Virus record (IMG/VR): IMGVR_UViG_3300035661_000001
Span: 248,001 to 312,000 of that record
DNA: 64,000 bases
Strand: one strand, 5' to 3'
The translations under genes and the position numbers were made by a program. The notes under the pieces are model-generated. The model did not search any database. It had not been told where the DNA came from and saw only the letters and a program-made list of their open reading frames with translations. This document shows positions 38,973 to 49,043 of the stretch, piece after piece (position 1 is the first letter of the stretch; every line of letters begins with the position of its first letter).

Positions 38973-39662
38973 ATGCTTAGACTTGTTCATTATGGTAATG
39001 CTTTACCTGCTAGTTTTATAGTTGATTCTAGCGCAGAATTTCAACCAGGGATGGTTGGAGAGCTAGTTGTTATTGGAAATCAAGTGATGGTGACCGTTAG
39101 TAATGGAACCGCACCGCTGGGAATTATTGATGATATCAAAACCAGAGCTTTTACTAATATTTCATGGAATGAAGAAGTAATAGTTCCCGCTGTGGGTGTA
39201 GTTGGTCCTGGCGGGCAATTAGTAACTCCTATTGATATTAAAGCTGAATTAAGAAAATCTAATATTATTAAAGCCAGCTTTACATCTACTATCAAAGTAT
39301 CTTTAAATGTCATTAACGGTGTTATTACATTTTTGGCAGGCACTCCATTAAATATAGATATTTTGGGTACAGGTCAACCTAGCGGTATTAAAACAACTGT
39401 TAATTATACTTATCAAGTTCCTAACATTCCTGGTGATGATAGTACTCAAGGATCTGGTAGAGTAACTGTCTGGTATAATAGAATGTTCTTCCAAACAGAT
39501 CAATATGAAACAAATCAACAGTATCCAGTAAGAGCTAATTTGTATGTTAGTGAATATGGATTATTCACTACTCGTAGACCAAGTAATATTCATCCTGCCG
39601 TTGGTATGGTAACAGCACCTCCAACAACAATGTCGCCTTATTTGGAAATCCTTTTTTTCTAG
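38973..39662 (+). CDS. Putative capsid decoration/cement protein (paralog 1)
   Basis: Beta-rich; shares MLxLxxxG N-terminus and GSG[RK]VT[VC]W with 46983-47678. Confidence 0.5.
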   Translation: MLRLVHYGNALPASFIVDSSAEFQPGMVGELVVIGNQVMVTVSNGTAPLGIIDDIKTRAFTNISWNEEVIVPAVGVVGPGGQLVTPIDIKAELRKSNIIKASFTSTIKVSLNVINGVITFLAGTPLNIDILGTGQPSGIKTTVNYTYQVPNIPGDDSTQGSGRVTVWYNRMFFQTDQYETNQQYPVRANLYVSEYGLFTTRRPSNIHPAVGMVTAPPTTMSPYLEILFF

Positions 39663-39710
39663 GGTAAAATATTGAAAGTATTGATATATGTGTTTGTGCG
39701 GAGGTGCTAA

Positions 39711-40628
39711 ATGCATTTTATATACAAAATAACAAATCAACTAGATGGAAAAAATTATATTGGTCAAACCATTAATCCAAATTATAGATGGTATCAACAT
39801 CGCTCTTATGCCGGTGTCACCAATAAACATAAACAATATATTCATTACGCCATGTCAAAACATGGTATTGAAAATTTCATTTTCGAGGTGATTGCTACAT
39901 GTTTAACGCAAGATGATGCTAATGAAACTGAAACTGCCGTAATTAAACAATATGACAGTATGAATAATAATCATGGCTACAATTTAAAATGCGGTGGAGT
40001 AAACGGTTCCTTTTCTGAAGAAACTCGCCAAAAACTAAGTAAATCATATTCAAAATATATTGCTGAACATGGGCACCCAGCTTTAGGAACTAAAAGAACT
40101 CCAGAACAAATACAAAATTTAATACAAGCCCGTAAAGACCATCCAGTTGAATATACTGATGAAATACGACAACGAATATCTGATGCTCATAGAGGTAAAC
40201 CATTATCTGAAGAGCATAGAAATAATATGGTGGAGGCTATCAAGAAGGCGAAAACAGAAAAAGCTGAAGCAAGATACATTTCTGAAGATATTAAATGCTC
40301 AGTTGATGGTTGTAAAATTAAAGGAAAAGCAAAATATCGTCTTATAGATGATATTAGATATTGTGCAAAACATGGATTAAAAATGCAACGAAATGGAAAT
40401 TTGGATCCAAAGCCTAAATCAAAATATAATAAAGATAATCCAATGCCAGAAGAACAACGTAAAAAATGTGGCGTTGGTAACATTGGAAGAGTTGCTCATA
40501 ATAGAATTGTATTTTCTGATGAACAAATAAAAACAATATTAGTTGACTCACGATCTGCCAGAAAGATAGCTAAAGCTTTTGGAGTAACTGAAAAGGTTAT
40601 TTTAAGGATCTGGGCTGGCAAATACTAA
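39711..40628 (+). mobile_element. GIY-YIG homing endonuclease (NUMOD3-like repeats, Cys/His finger, HTH)
   Basis: FIYKITNQLDGKNYIGQT, HGYN, CSVDGC...YCAKH. Confidence 0.9.
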
Positions 40629-40696
40629 CTGCATATCTCTTCATATAAGAAGATATTGTGTATATTTTTATACCTTAATCAGGTTTGAGGCTCTAA

Positions 40697-41800
40697 ATGA
40701 CTTTTAAGCACATAAAATTCGATGATTCTTTCACTATGCGTTCACTTGAAAAAGTGGCTAGAGATAAAGGATGGATTCACGAAACTCCAGCAACTAAGAT
40801 TGCTGTTTTACAAGAAACTGATTTTTCTATTTCTAACAATTTAACAGAAAATGTTATGAAATTGTGTGTAGGGCTGCGTGCTTCAGGCATGTATAAATAT
40901 GCTGATGAAGTTGAGCAGAAATTTATGCATTATAAGCAAGCTCAAACACTATATGAAACTTCTAAAGAAAAAGGAGAGGACTTAGTAGATGAGGCTCATC
41001 CTAAAGGATCTCATAAATTAAGTGGTATTGAAGGTGATAGTTTAATAGAAACCATTGTAGATCAACATTTAGCTGGAATTAAACTAACAGAGAAAAAACC
41101 TACTGGAAAATTAGCTGCTCTTAATACATTAAGAGCAGTTAAAAACGTTTTATCACAAGCTGCAAATCCTACAACCGCACAATATCTTAATATTGTGCTG
41201 AAAAATGTACAAAATATTTTTGGTTTACATGAAGAGACTCCTTGGATTTTTAGAACAGATAATTATGGTAAAGATAATTTGATTGAATTAATTCAACAAG
41301 CCATTAGTAATACGAATAATGTTGAAATGTTAGATCAATTACTTCCAAGAATTAAATTAGGAATTGATAAGTTTTATAAAACATTCAAACCAGGTATAGT
41401 AGGTGGTGTTTCGGATGAAACTTGGGCAGGTATGACGCCTTTATTTAGTAAAGCTTATGGGGCATTTGCTGTTGCAAAAAAATCTGTAGATGAAAAACCA
41501 GTAGTATCAGCGGCAGTTCCTGCCGAAGTATCGGCACTTATTAAATGGATCGCTAACGCTAAATCTATGTTAAAAAAATGGGAAATGATTATTAGTTCTG
41601 ATCCTGAAAGAGAAACTGACGATAAAGAAAAAGCTTTATCTTGGATTTCTCAAAAAATGGCACAAGTAGCAAATATAGATAGTAGATTTCAATCTTTAAA
41701 TGATGAAGAAAAAATTTCTAGTGCAATGGCATTATTAAATAATCTGAAAAAAATTACCACTCCTAGTTTTAGTCAATTTAAAACTAATTGGGAACTTTAA
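40697..41800 (+). CDS. Putative internal head/ejection protein
   Basis: KIA|V and YKQA|Q motifs; DLVDEAHP domain shared with 45643. Confidence 0.55.
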   Translation: MTFKHIKFDDSFTMRSLEKVARDKGWIHETPATKIAVLQETDFSISNNLTENVMKLCVGLRASGMYKYADEVEQKFMHYKQAQTLYETSKEKGEDLVDEAHPKGSHKLSGIEGDSLIETIVDQHLAGIKLTEKKPTGKLAALNTLRAVKNVLSQAANPTTAQYLNIVLKNVQNIFGLHEETPWIFRTDNYGKDNLIELIQQAISNTNNVEMLDQLLPRIKLGIDKFYKTFKPGIVGGVSDETWAGMTPLFSKAYGAFAVAKKSVDEKPVVSAAVPAEVSALIKWIANAKSMLKKWEMIISSDPERETDDKEKALSWISQKMAQVANIDSRFQSLNDEEKISSAMALLNNLKKITTPSFSQFKTNWEL

Positions 41801-41809
41801 GAGGAGTAT

Positions 41810-42967
41810 ATGTCTGAAAAATTAGATTTGATTAGAAAGTATGCTCAGGAAGCTGAAGCACCTGTTCCTGTACCTTCCAAGAAAAAAAATAAACCAGCAG
41901 AACCAGCAACGGCTGCCGCCGCTGCTCCAGTAGTACCAAATAGTGATGTTCCTGTACCATTAGCAAAGAAATTTTCTCCAGAATTAAAAAACAGATTACA
42001 AGGTAAACCTAAAGTACAACCAGGTAATTCTCCACAACAAATTGCGGCAGCCAGAGAAGCTGTTAAAGAAATGCAAATTGCTATGCAAGAATTAGCAGGA
42101 GCAGTAATTACTGATTCTGAATCTGGAACTATGGCTTATAAACCTCATGACGCCCAACAACCTGGTGCTGCGCCAACAGTTAAAAGTTCTAAAAAAAGTT
42201 TTAATGATTTTATAACTGAACAATATTTGGGTGGATTGGATGAAGATAAAAAAGGTGTAGAGTGGAATACTGATCAAAAAGTCACTTCTTTGCAAGGAAA
42301 AAAACAAACACAAACTGATTTATATGAATTAGATGTTGTAATGAATACGCTTCGTAGAATTGGAGCGTCCAGTAAAGAATTTATTGCCGACGGTAAATGG
42401 GATTTTAGAACTGATAATGCATTAAGAAACATTATGGGTTTTTCTTATGCCTTATTACAATTAGAAGGAGATTTTGGGTTAGAAAATAATTTTTATAGTT
42501 TTGATCACTGGAAAAATTTTAATAAAGCACTTACAGGTTATAAAATAAGTAACGGTATTGTTCAATTAAATGCAGCACAAAAAGTTGCAAGAGCAAATGC
42601 TATTAATAAACATTTAAAAGCTATTACTAAACTTTATTCTCATTTTAGACAACAAGTTCTGGCTAGACCAGAATTCAGACCTACTATTGAAGGTAAAAGA
42701 TTAATTGATAGATATTCTGCTCAAGGATCAAATAAAGATGTTTTAACTTCCCAAGAAGATCAAATGTCTAAATCTGATGCGATCAAAATACCAGTTACTT
42801 ATCCGGCACCTAAATTACCCGGTGGTAATTTAGATTATATTCCATTAAAAGCTTTAAGAGATAAAGGTGAATATATAAAATGGATGGTCGGTTATGCTGG
42901 TAATTCTGAGCAAGCAGCAACTGATATTTTTAATAAAACTATCAAACCTAAAATCGAAACAACCTAA
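41810..42967 (+). CDS. Putative internal head/ejection protein
   Basis: IRKYA|Q near N-terminus, then Ala/Pro linker. Confidence 0.55.
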   Translation: MSEKLDLIRKYAQEAEAPVPVPSKKKNKPAEPATAAAAAPVVPNSDVPVPLAKKFSPELKNRLQGKPKVQPGNSPQQIAAAREAVKEMQIAMQELAGAVITDSESGTMAYKPHDAQQPGAAPTVKSSKKSFNDFITEQYLGGLDEDKKGVEWNTDQKVTSLQGKKQTQTDLYELDVVMNTLRRIGASSKEFIADGKWDFRTDNALRNIMGFSYALLQLEGDFGLENNFYSFDHWKNFNKALTGYKISNGIVQLNAAQKVARANAINKHLKAITKLYSHFRQQVLARPEFRPTIEGKRLIDRYSAQGSNKDVLTSQEDQMSKSDAIKIPVTYPAPKLPGGNLDYIPLKALRDKGEYIKWMVGYAGNSEQAATDIFNKTIKPKIETT

Positions 42968-42975
42968 GGTGAAAC

Positions 42976-44523
42976 ATGTCTTTTTTATACGAAATATTTG
43001 ATGAAGCTATGAGCCAGGCGGCTCTTGATAAAATTCTAAAAAAAACGGCACAGGTAGCTCAAACGCCTTTATCTCCAAATGATGTTGCTAAAAAATTAGT
43101 TAATCGTTTGTCAAGAGAAATGTCTGCCGCACCGGAACCATTAAATATTGCTTCAGAAACAGCTACGCCCATTGATTTAAATATCAATGATTTGCAATCA
43201 TTAGGCAAACTATTACAATTTATGTCTAATAATAAAATAAAATTGGACGGTTCTAGAATTGTTTATTCTGAAGCTGATGTAAATTCTTTGCCCGAAGAAG
43301 AACGAAATCAATTAGCTCCTATAACTGTTAATTTATCTCGTGATGCTGCTAGTAGAAAATGGAATACTGCAGATTATTATTCTAAACTACCACTGTTAAT
43401 TAAATATGTGTCTTATCTTCAAGAAAAAGCACAATCACTTAAAAAAAGTGGAGATGCTCAAGGCAAAATTTTAGAAGTCATGGTTGGTAAATTAATAGAT
43501 TCAATAAATAATGTTAAACCTGATTCAGGATTGTCACGTGTACCAAAATCTCAACCTGATAAGCCAAATGAATTACCAGACAATACAGTTATAGATACTT
43601 TTGGGTCAAAAGTATTTAATATAGCTGACCCTTATGCAGATAAGGGTGATATGCCATTAAGTAGCAAAGATTTATCTTCTAAAGAATCATTAAATGCTTG
43701 GTTAAAACAAGCGCCTGAAGCTACAATTCTATATGGACAAACCCTTAATAAATTTACTGATCCGGCTGCTAATCATTGTAATATAATAAATGTTTTATAC
43801 AAGCGAGCTTATAATTTAAAAAATACGGCATCTCCAGCTGATTCTAAAAAATATAATTTTTATTTAAACAAAATCATTCAACTAGGACAATTATTTACTG
43901 ATCCTTCTGGAAGTGCATGTACTATTGGCGGTACAGGTAGTAGTGGAGTTCATAATAGACATAATTTTTATGGTCCTTCTGGACAGGGAGATGATGGATC
44001 CGGTGGTAAAACTGGGGTATCAAGCCAAATACTAGAACAAATAATACAGACTTTACCATTTGATACTCAAGATATAGATTTCATTAGAATTAAGAATTTC
44101 TTTTCATTGTATACTAAAGTTACATCCAGTAATTATGTTCAATCAGCTATTACGTCTATGGGCGAGGCTTTAAAAGCTATGGCTACGGCAAGTGAGTCTA
44201 CTTTAACTGGTAATCAAGAGAAATTTAGAATTACTAGAAATGTTCAAGAGATGGCAACTTGGTTAAAACAACCTGCTGGCAATCATGCTTTACCTTTCCT
44301 GTATGCTCTTCAACAAGTTCTTACAGAAACAGAAAAAGTATTAGGAATGTTTTATAGCGAATATGCTAGAACATTATATTCAGGTGATGCAGTAAGATTA
44401 ACTAATGAGCAAAAAGCTTTGGTGGAAGCTCAATATCTTGGGGGGAATTCTATCTTCTCTCAAAATTTAAGAGATGTTCAATCATTGATGGCAAATACTC
44501 AACAAGTTTTAGGTAAAAAATGA
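42976..44523 (+). CDS. Putative internal head/ejection protein
   Basis: ILKKTA|Q near N-terminus; 515 aa. Confidence 0.55.
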   Translation: MSFLYEIFDEAMSQAALDKILKKTAQVAQTPLSPNDVAKKLVNRLSREMSAAPEPLNIASETATPIDLNINDLQSLGKLLQFMSNNKIKLDGSRIVYSEADVNSLPEEERNQLAPITVNLSRDAASRKWNTADYYSKLPLLIKYVSYLQEKAQSLKKSGDAQGKILEVMVGKLIDSINNVKPDSGLSRVPKSQPDKPNELPDNTVIDTFGSKVFNIADPYADKGDMPLSSKDLSSKESLNAWLKQAPEATILYGQTLNKFTDPAANHCNIINVLYKRAYNLKNTASPADSKKYNFYLNKIIQLGQLFTDPSGSACTIGGTGSSGVHNRHNFYGPSGQGDDGSGGKTGVSSQILEQIIQTLPFDTQDIDFIRIKNFFSLYTKVTSSNYVQSAITSMGEALKAMATASESTLTGNQEKFRITRNVQEMATWLKQPAGNHALPFLYALQQVLTETEKVLGMFYSEYARTLYSGDAVRLTNEQKALVEAQYLGGNSIFSQNLRDVQSLMANTQQVLGKK

Positions 44524-45599
44524 GTCACAGTAACAGTGAAATAAGGTTCTATGTAGATAGTTTAATTGTAGAAACTATTTTAAAAAATAAAAACCTATAT
44601 AAACAAGCTGATGCTGGCGGGATGGTTGCGTCTTTAATAGATAAAGTAAAAGAATATGTTGGAAATCATATTGATCCAAATGATAAATCCGGAAGTTTAA
44701 TTAACATTTTAGGTCCTGGTGCTATTTCAGTTGCGTTTGCATCTATGAGTCTTGGATGGCTTGGAATTTTAATTGGTTTGTCCATGAGAGTTTTTAATAT
44801 TGATGTCAAGGGCATTATTAGTTCTATTTGGGGTAAGTTAAAACCAGCTATTTCTGGGGACAAACAAATTTCTTCTAAAACAGTTGATTCATTTGTTGAA
44901 TCATCAGTGCAAGAAAATTATCAACCCGCAACTCCAGAAGAAGCCGAAAAAGCTGCTAACTTAATAAAAGCTAAATCTAGTGCCATATTAAATGATGCAA
45001 AATTTGTCAAGATAGCTATGATAAATTTTAATAACGGAACTTTAACTAAAGAAGCCGGCTTTTTTGATATGTTTAATTCTCATAAAACTAATATAGTTAA
45101 TATATTAACTAGAGTTCTAAGCTGGGTGTTTAAAGTAGCTTTAGCATCAGCTGGTCTAATGGTAGCCGGAGATGTTGTTAATAAGTTTTTGAATAGACCA
45201 AACGCCATAGATGGTACTATACAGAAAGGTCACCCAACAGAAACGGTTTCCGCAGCGCCGATTAATGTCTCTAAACAGAAAAAATTTCCAGTAAAATCTG
45301 GATATGTTTCAGAAAAATACAATATTGGTGAATCTATTTGGTCAGAAGATATTAGTAATGATCCTGGATCAATAGAAAATATGTTGATTGATTTTGCTAA
45401 AGATGTATATGATGGTTTAAATGGAAAAGAAAATATCATAAGAACTTCTCCGGCATTTCAAGTAGTTAAAGATAGAATTGTTTGGTACAATCATACCAGC
45501 CCACGAGCACCTATGGTTTGGTTGCCTAGATATTTTTCCTCAAAAAAACAAATAGTAGACTATTTCATTGATGATGTTGCTGACAGAACCACTACATAA
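44520..45599 (+). CDS. Putative ejection protein with hydrophobic segments
   Basis: LYKQA|D (res 28-30), LTKEA|G; hydrophobic stretch res about 60-89 and a second after KEAG. Confidence 0.55.
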   Translation: MSHSNSEIRFYVDSLIVETILKNKNLYKQADAGGMVASLIDKVKEYVGNHIDPNDKSGSLINILGPGAISVAFASMSLGWLGILIGLSMRVFNIDVKGIISSIWGKLKPAISGDKQISSKTVDSFVESSVQENYQPATPEEAEKAANLIKAKSSAILNDAKFVKIAMINFNNGTLTKEAGFFDMFNSHKTNIVNILTRVLSWVFKVALASAGLMVAGDVVNKFLNRPNAIDGTIQKGHPTETVSAAPINVSKQKKFPVKSGYVSEKYNIGESIWSEDISNDPGSIENMLIDFAKDVYDGLNGKENIIRTSPAFQVVKDRIVWYNHTSPRAPMVWLPRYFSSKKQIVDYFIDDVADRTTT

Positions 45600-45642
45600 G
45601 CCAGTATATTTTTACCAAATAAATTTAACATGAGAGAAACGA

Positions 45643-46863
45643 ATGAGCAATAGTGACGTTTTAAATAATTTTATCAAAATAGCGCAAGAGAAGGGCTTAA
45701 TTTCAGATAAAGCTCCAGAGAAAGCAAAACAAATTCTGGAAAAAACACGTCGTGCCGATTCATTAAGTGTTGCTGATATAGAAAAACTATATGGCATTAA
45801 ACCTGATATGGCAAAAGACAATAAATATGATAGAAATATTGTTGAAGATGCACATCCAGAATCATACGTTGCTTCAAATGCTCATGATAAATTAAACGGT
45901 TTAGTAGAGAATATTAATCAAAGACAAAATATTATCTTGCATATTCTTGATAAAACTCCTAATGGACATTTAACTCAACACAAATATGCTGAAAAAGATT
46001 TAATCTTATCTTTGGTTAGAATTGGAAATGATTTAGATAATAAAAATAAAGAAAATTTAAGAGTTTTAGCTGATGCTTGTTTAATGCAAGTTAGTAAGCC
46101 TATGAAAAAAGAAGGTGCGTGGGGATTATTAGCAATTCCTGTTTTACTAGGGGCATTATATTTACAACAACATATGAATTTTACAAATGAAGGTTTTGAA
46201 AAAAATCATCAAAAACTTTCTGCAGAGATCGATGATTTATTACAATCTAGTTCTTCATGGGGAGTTGGATATGATTATAAATCTGATTTCAAAACTATGT
46301 TACAAGATTTTAAATTAAAATTGGATGGTTTTTATGAGTTATACTCAAAAACAACTTCTGTAATATCAGATTTGGAAAAACCAAGAACTGCACAAGATTT
46401 GATAGAGTTATCAAAACATCCTCAAACAGATTCTGTGGTTAAAGCTTATGGTGCGTTAAAAGCGGCAGCAGATAATATGTTACCATACATAAATACTATT
46501 GAAAAAAACTTTTCATCTGAAGCTTATAAAGCCCGCCAAATAGAAGATAAAGGATTTATGTCTTCCTTAGTTGATCGTGTTCATGTTTTACATGGTGGTA
46601 AAGGAATGGTTGCAGATGATTTTGATGATGTTGTAAGAGTTATAAGTCCTTACAAGCAATCTATTAAAGAATTACTTGATTTATTAAAAAATGCTGAATC
46701 AATAGAACAATCTGCTCAAACAAAAATACAGGAAGCCTCTTCAGGAATTCCAAATGAAAAACCTGTTCCAAGTGCTGCTCCTCAAAATAAATCTAAAAAA
46801 CCTCACAGCATGGATGCTGAAGTTGAACAATTAGAAAAAGATTTAACTGGCGGATTACTTTAA
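45643..46863 (+). CDS. Putative ejection protein
   Basis: FIKIA|Q, HKYA|E, MKKEG|AWGLLAIPVLLGALYL. Confidence 0.55.
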   Translation: MSNSDVLNNFIKIAQEKGLISDKAPEKAKQILEKTRRADSLSVADIEKLYGIKPDMAKDNKYDRNIVEDAHPESYVASNAHDKLNGLVENINQRQNIILHILDKTPNGHLTQHKYAEKDLILSLVRIGNDLDNKNKENLRVLADACLMQVSKPMKKEGAWGLLAIPVLLGALYLQQHMNFTNEGFEKNHQKLSAEIDDLLQSSSSWGVGYDYKSDFKTMLQDFKLKLDGFYELYSKTTSVISDLEKPRTAQDLIELSKHPQTDSVVKAYGALKAAADNMLPYINTIEKNFSSEAYKARQIEDKGFMSSLVDRVHVLHGGKGMVADDFDDVVRVISPYKQSIKELLDLLKNAESIEQSAQTKIQEASSGIPNEKPVPSAAPQNKSKKPHSMDAEVEQLEKDLTGGLL

Positions 46864-46895
46864 TTCATAAAATTTCAAATATTTTTACAAAAGTA

Positions 46896-46910
46896 TCAAT
46901 AACAAAATAT
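46896..46910 (+). promoter_or_regulatory. Candidate late promoter TCAATA-N6-TAT
   Basis: TCAATAACAAAATAT upstream of decoration gene. Confidence 0.5.
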
Positions 46911-46982
46911 GTTTAATGTATTAGTAAGTTTAAGGTGTAAGTTGCTTGCCAAATAAGGCATAGAAGATTTCTAGGATATACA

Positions 46983-47678
46983 ATGTTAAAACTTTTACAA
47001 CCAGGCACACAGCCTTTAGGTCAATATGACGGTCTTGATTCAGAATACTTAACTTTGAAGGGTGGCGAGATTGTTAGTTTCGCATCCGTTGTAGCAACAT
47101 CTGCTACTGACAAAGGTGCAAAAGATGTATTTGATGGTTATTTAAATCCTTCTTCAGTTCAAAAAAGAGTTGTTGTTACCAGAAACGTAGCTACAACCAA
47201 AAGACCATTGATGTTATCAGATGATGGTATTTCTGGTTATGGAACTTTGTTTGGTTCTGTAGTTGGTGGAGTAGTTGGTCAACAAGTAATTAATGGTGTG
47301 GTTCTTGGACCTCACACTGCTTTAGGTTCTGGCAAAGTTACTTGCTGGGATAAACAAGGTCTTTATGCCGTGTCATTAGACGCTTGTGATACAGCAACTG
47401 TGGACGGTCTACAACCAACCAATACTACTTTGGATACCGGCGCTTCATTAACTTGGGTACCAGCTAGCACAACTGGCGGTCAATTAACTCCAGTTGGTAG
47501 CACTGCTGCTGCTGGTAATACAGTAGTTGTTGGTCACTTTGTTGACTTCGAGACCAATGGTTCTCTTGTCACTACACCAAATAATTTGGTTGCTGCTCTT
47601 AATCCACCTAACGGTACATTAGGAACAGTTGCTGGAAGCTTCAGCTTCGCTGTATTTCACTTCAATCCACAATACTAA
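46983..47678 (+). CDS. Putative capsid decoration/cement protein (paralog 2)
   Basis: Directly upstream of major capsid gene; Gly/Thr/Val-rich beta protein. Confidence 0.6.
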   Translation: MLKLLQPGTQPLGQYDGLDSEYLTLKGGEIVSFASVVATSATDKGAKDVFDGYLNPSSVQKRVVVTRNVATTKRPLMLSDDGISGYGTLFGSVVGGVVGQQVINGVVLGPHTALGSGKVTCWDKQGLYAVSLDACDTATVDGLQPTNTTLDTGASLTWVPASTTGGQLTPVGSTAAAGNTVVVGHFVDFETNGSLVTTPNNLVAALNPPNGTLGTVAGSFSFAVFHFNPQY

Positions 47679-47702
47679 TCTGAATTAAAAAAGTATATTG
47701 AC

Positions 47703-47732
47703 GAAAAGAGCCAGAATATTCTGGCTCTTTTC
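47703..47732. terminator. Intrinsic terminator (30-bp perfect palindrome)
   Basis: GAAAAGAGCCAGAAT|ATTCTGGCTCTTTTC followed by ATTTT. Confidence 0.85.
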
Positions 47733-47762
47733 ATTTTAATGTCGATTTTTATTTAGAATCTG

Positions 47763-47777
47763 TCAATAATAAAATAT
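47763..47777 (+). promoter_or_regulatory. Candidate late promoter TCAATA-N6-TAT
   Basis: TCAATAATAAAATAT just after the terminator and before the capsid gene. Confidence 0.55.
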
Positions 47778-47872
47778 ACTTTTCGACATGTCTATTCGAT
47801 AGGCATCACAAGTTCACTTAATTTATATTAAAGCTGGGTTATCCGGCAAATATTCCATTTAGGAGTTTTTTC

Positions 47873-48886
47873 ATGAATATGTTTAGTAATCAAGGGCAAA
47901 TGAATGCTTCTTCAATGAAAGATGTTTTACTTCAATTAGTAAAATACGCTTCAATTCTTGAAGAGAATCAACCAGCCAACATGGGTCTAGCTGGTCAGGT
48001 ATCCTTGAGCGATGATAAACGCGACGAATTGATTTCTCGTGCTATCATGACTCAAGATGGTAAAATTGCTTTAGCCCAAGCAATGGCAAATCCAATTCGT
48101 AGAAACTTAGATTACCACGGTATTTCACGTCGTGCATTAGTTGTTGATCCTCTTCCACAAGGTGCTCAACCAACTTACGATAGAGATATCGATGTATCTG
48201 CTGTAGTTATTTCTTCTAACGGTACTGGACCAGAGTCTAGAGTTTTCGGTGATAGAGTAGTAGTACCTACCTTCGAAATCTATGCTAACCCAACTGTTAG
48301 AATTTCCGAAGTTAGACGTCGTAGATTCAACGTTATTGACCGTGCCGTTCAAAAAGCTCGTCAAGAAATAATGGCTCAAGAAGATGCGAACGTTTTCGCA
48401 GCTCTTGATGCTGCTGCTTCAGTAGAAAATACTCTTACTGATATTTCTGATGCTGGTCTTTTGAAGAGAGATCTTGTTGAAATCAAGGCTCAAATTGATC
48501 GTTGGGACTTAGTGACTACTAAATACTTTATGAATATCAATGAATTTACCGATATTCTTAAATGGGGTAGCGGTGGTGGACAAGGTGTTGGTGGTGGTGA
48601 TTTCGATCCTGTCACAATGAGAGAAGTTCTACAAACCGGTCTTTACGCCCATATCTGGGGTACTGATATTATGGTAAGCAAGATCGTTCCACCAGGAACC
48701 ATCTATGGCTGTGCCGATCCTGAATTCGTTGGTGTTATGCCAATTAGACAAGACATCGAAGTTCTTCCTGCTGATGAACCAAAACAATTAAAACTTGGTT
48801 GGGTTGTAAGCGAAGAAATCGGTATCGCGATCGTCAATCCTCGTGGTGTTTCTGCTGGTCGTAAATCTGTAACCATCGGTTCCTAA
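47873..48886 (+). CDS. Major capsid protein (HK97-like fold)
   Basis: 337 aa; AMANPIRRNLDY...VVDPLPQG, RFNVIDRAVQKARQEIMAQED backbone helix, LKLGWVVSEEIGIAIVNPRGV C-terminus; strong RBS, flanked by terminators. Confidence 0.88.
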   Translation: MNMFSNQGQMNASSMKDVLLQLVKYASILEENQPANMGLAGQVSLSDDKRDELISRAIMTQDGKIALAQAMANPIRRNLDYHGISRRALVVDPLPQGAQPTYDRDIDVSAVVISSNGTGPESRVFGDRVVVPTFEIYANPTVRISEVRRRRFNVIDRAVQKARQEIMAQEDANVFAALDAAASVENTLTDISDAGLLKRDLVEIKAQIDRWDLVTTKYFMNINEFTDILKWGSGGGQGVGGGDFDPVTMREVLQTGLYAHIWGTDIMVSKIVPPGTIYGCADPEFVGVMPIRQDIEVLPADEPKQLKLGWVVSEEIGIAIVNPRGVSAGRKSVTIGS

Positions 48887-48920
48887 TACAAATATCTAAC
48901 ACTAACTTAGTGTTATCGTG

Positions 48921-48954
48921 AATAAGAGTCACTTGCAAGGTGACTCTTATTTTA
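48921..48954 (+). terminator. Intrinsic terminator after capsid gene
   Basis: AATAAGAGTCAC-7nt-GTGACTCTTATT plus TTT. Confidence 0.88.
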
Positions 48955-49043
48955 TTGTTTACTTAAATCATTACTCGGACAGTTTAATGATTTTTGAGTG
49001 TAATATTGTTGTATTATTACATAATCTACTACCGAGATAAATA

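Noticed and set aside
1-48886. Introns or inteins in dnaE, recA, terL, portal or capsid
   Set aside because: These ORFs are continuous, of normal length and lack intein C/S...HN signatures; endonuclease genes lie between genes.
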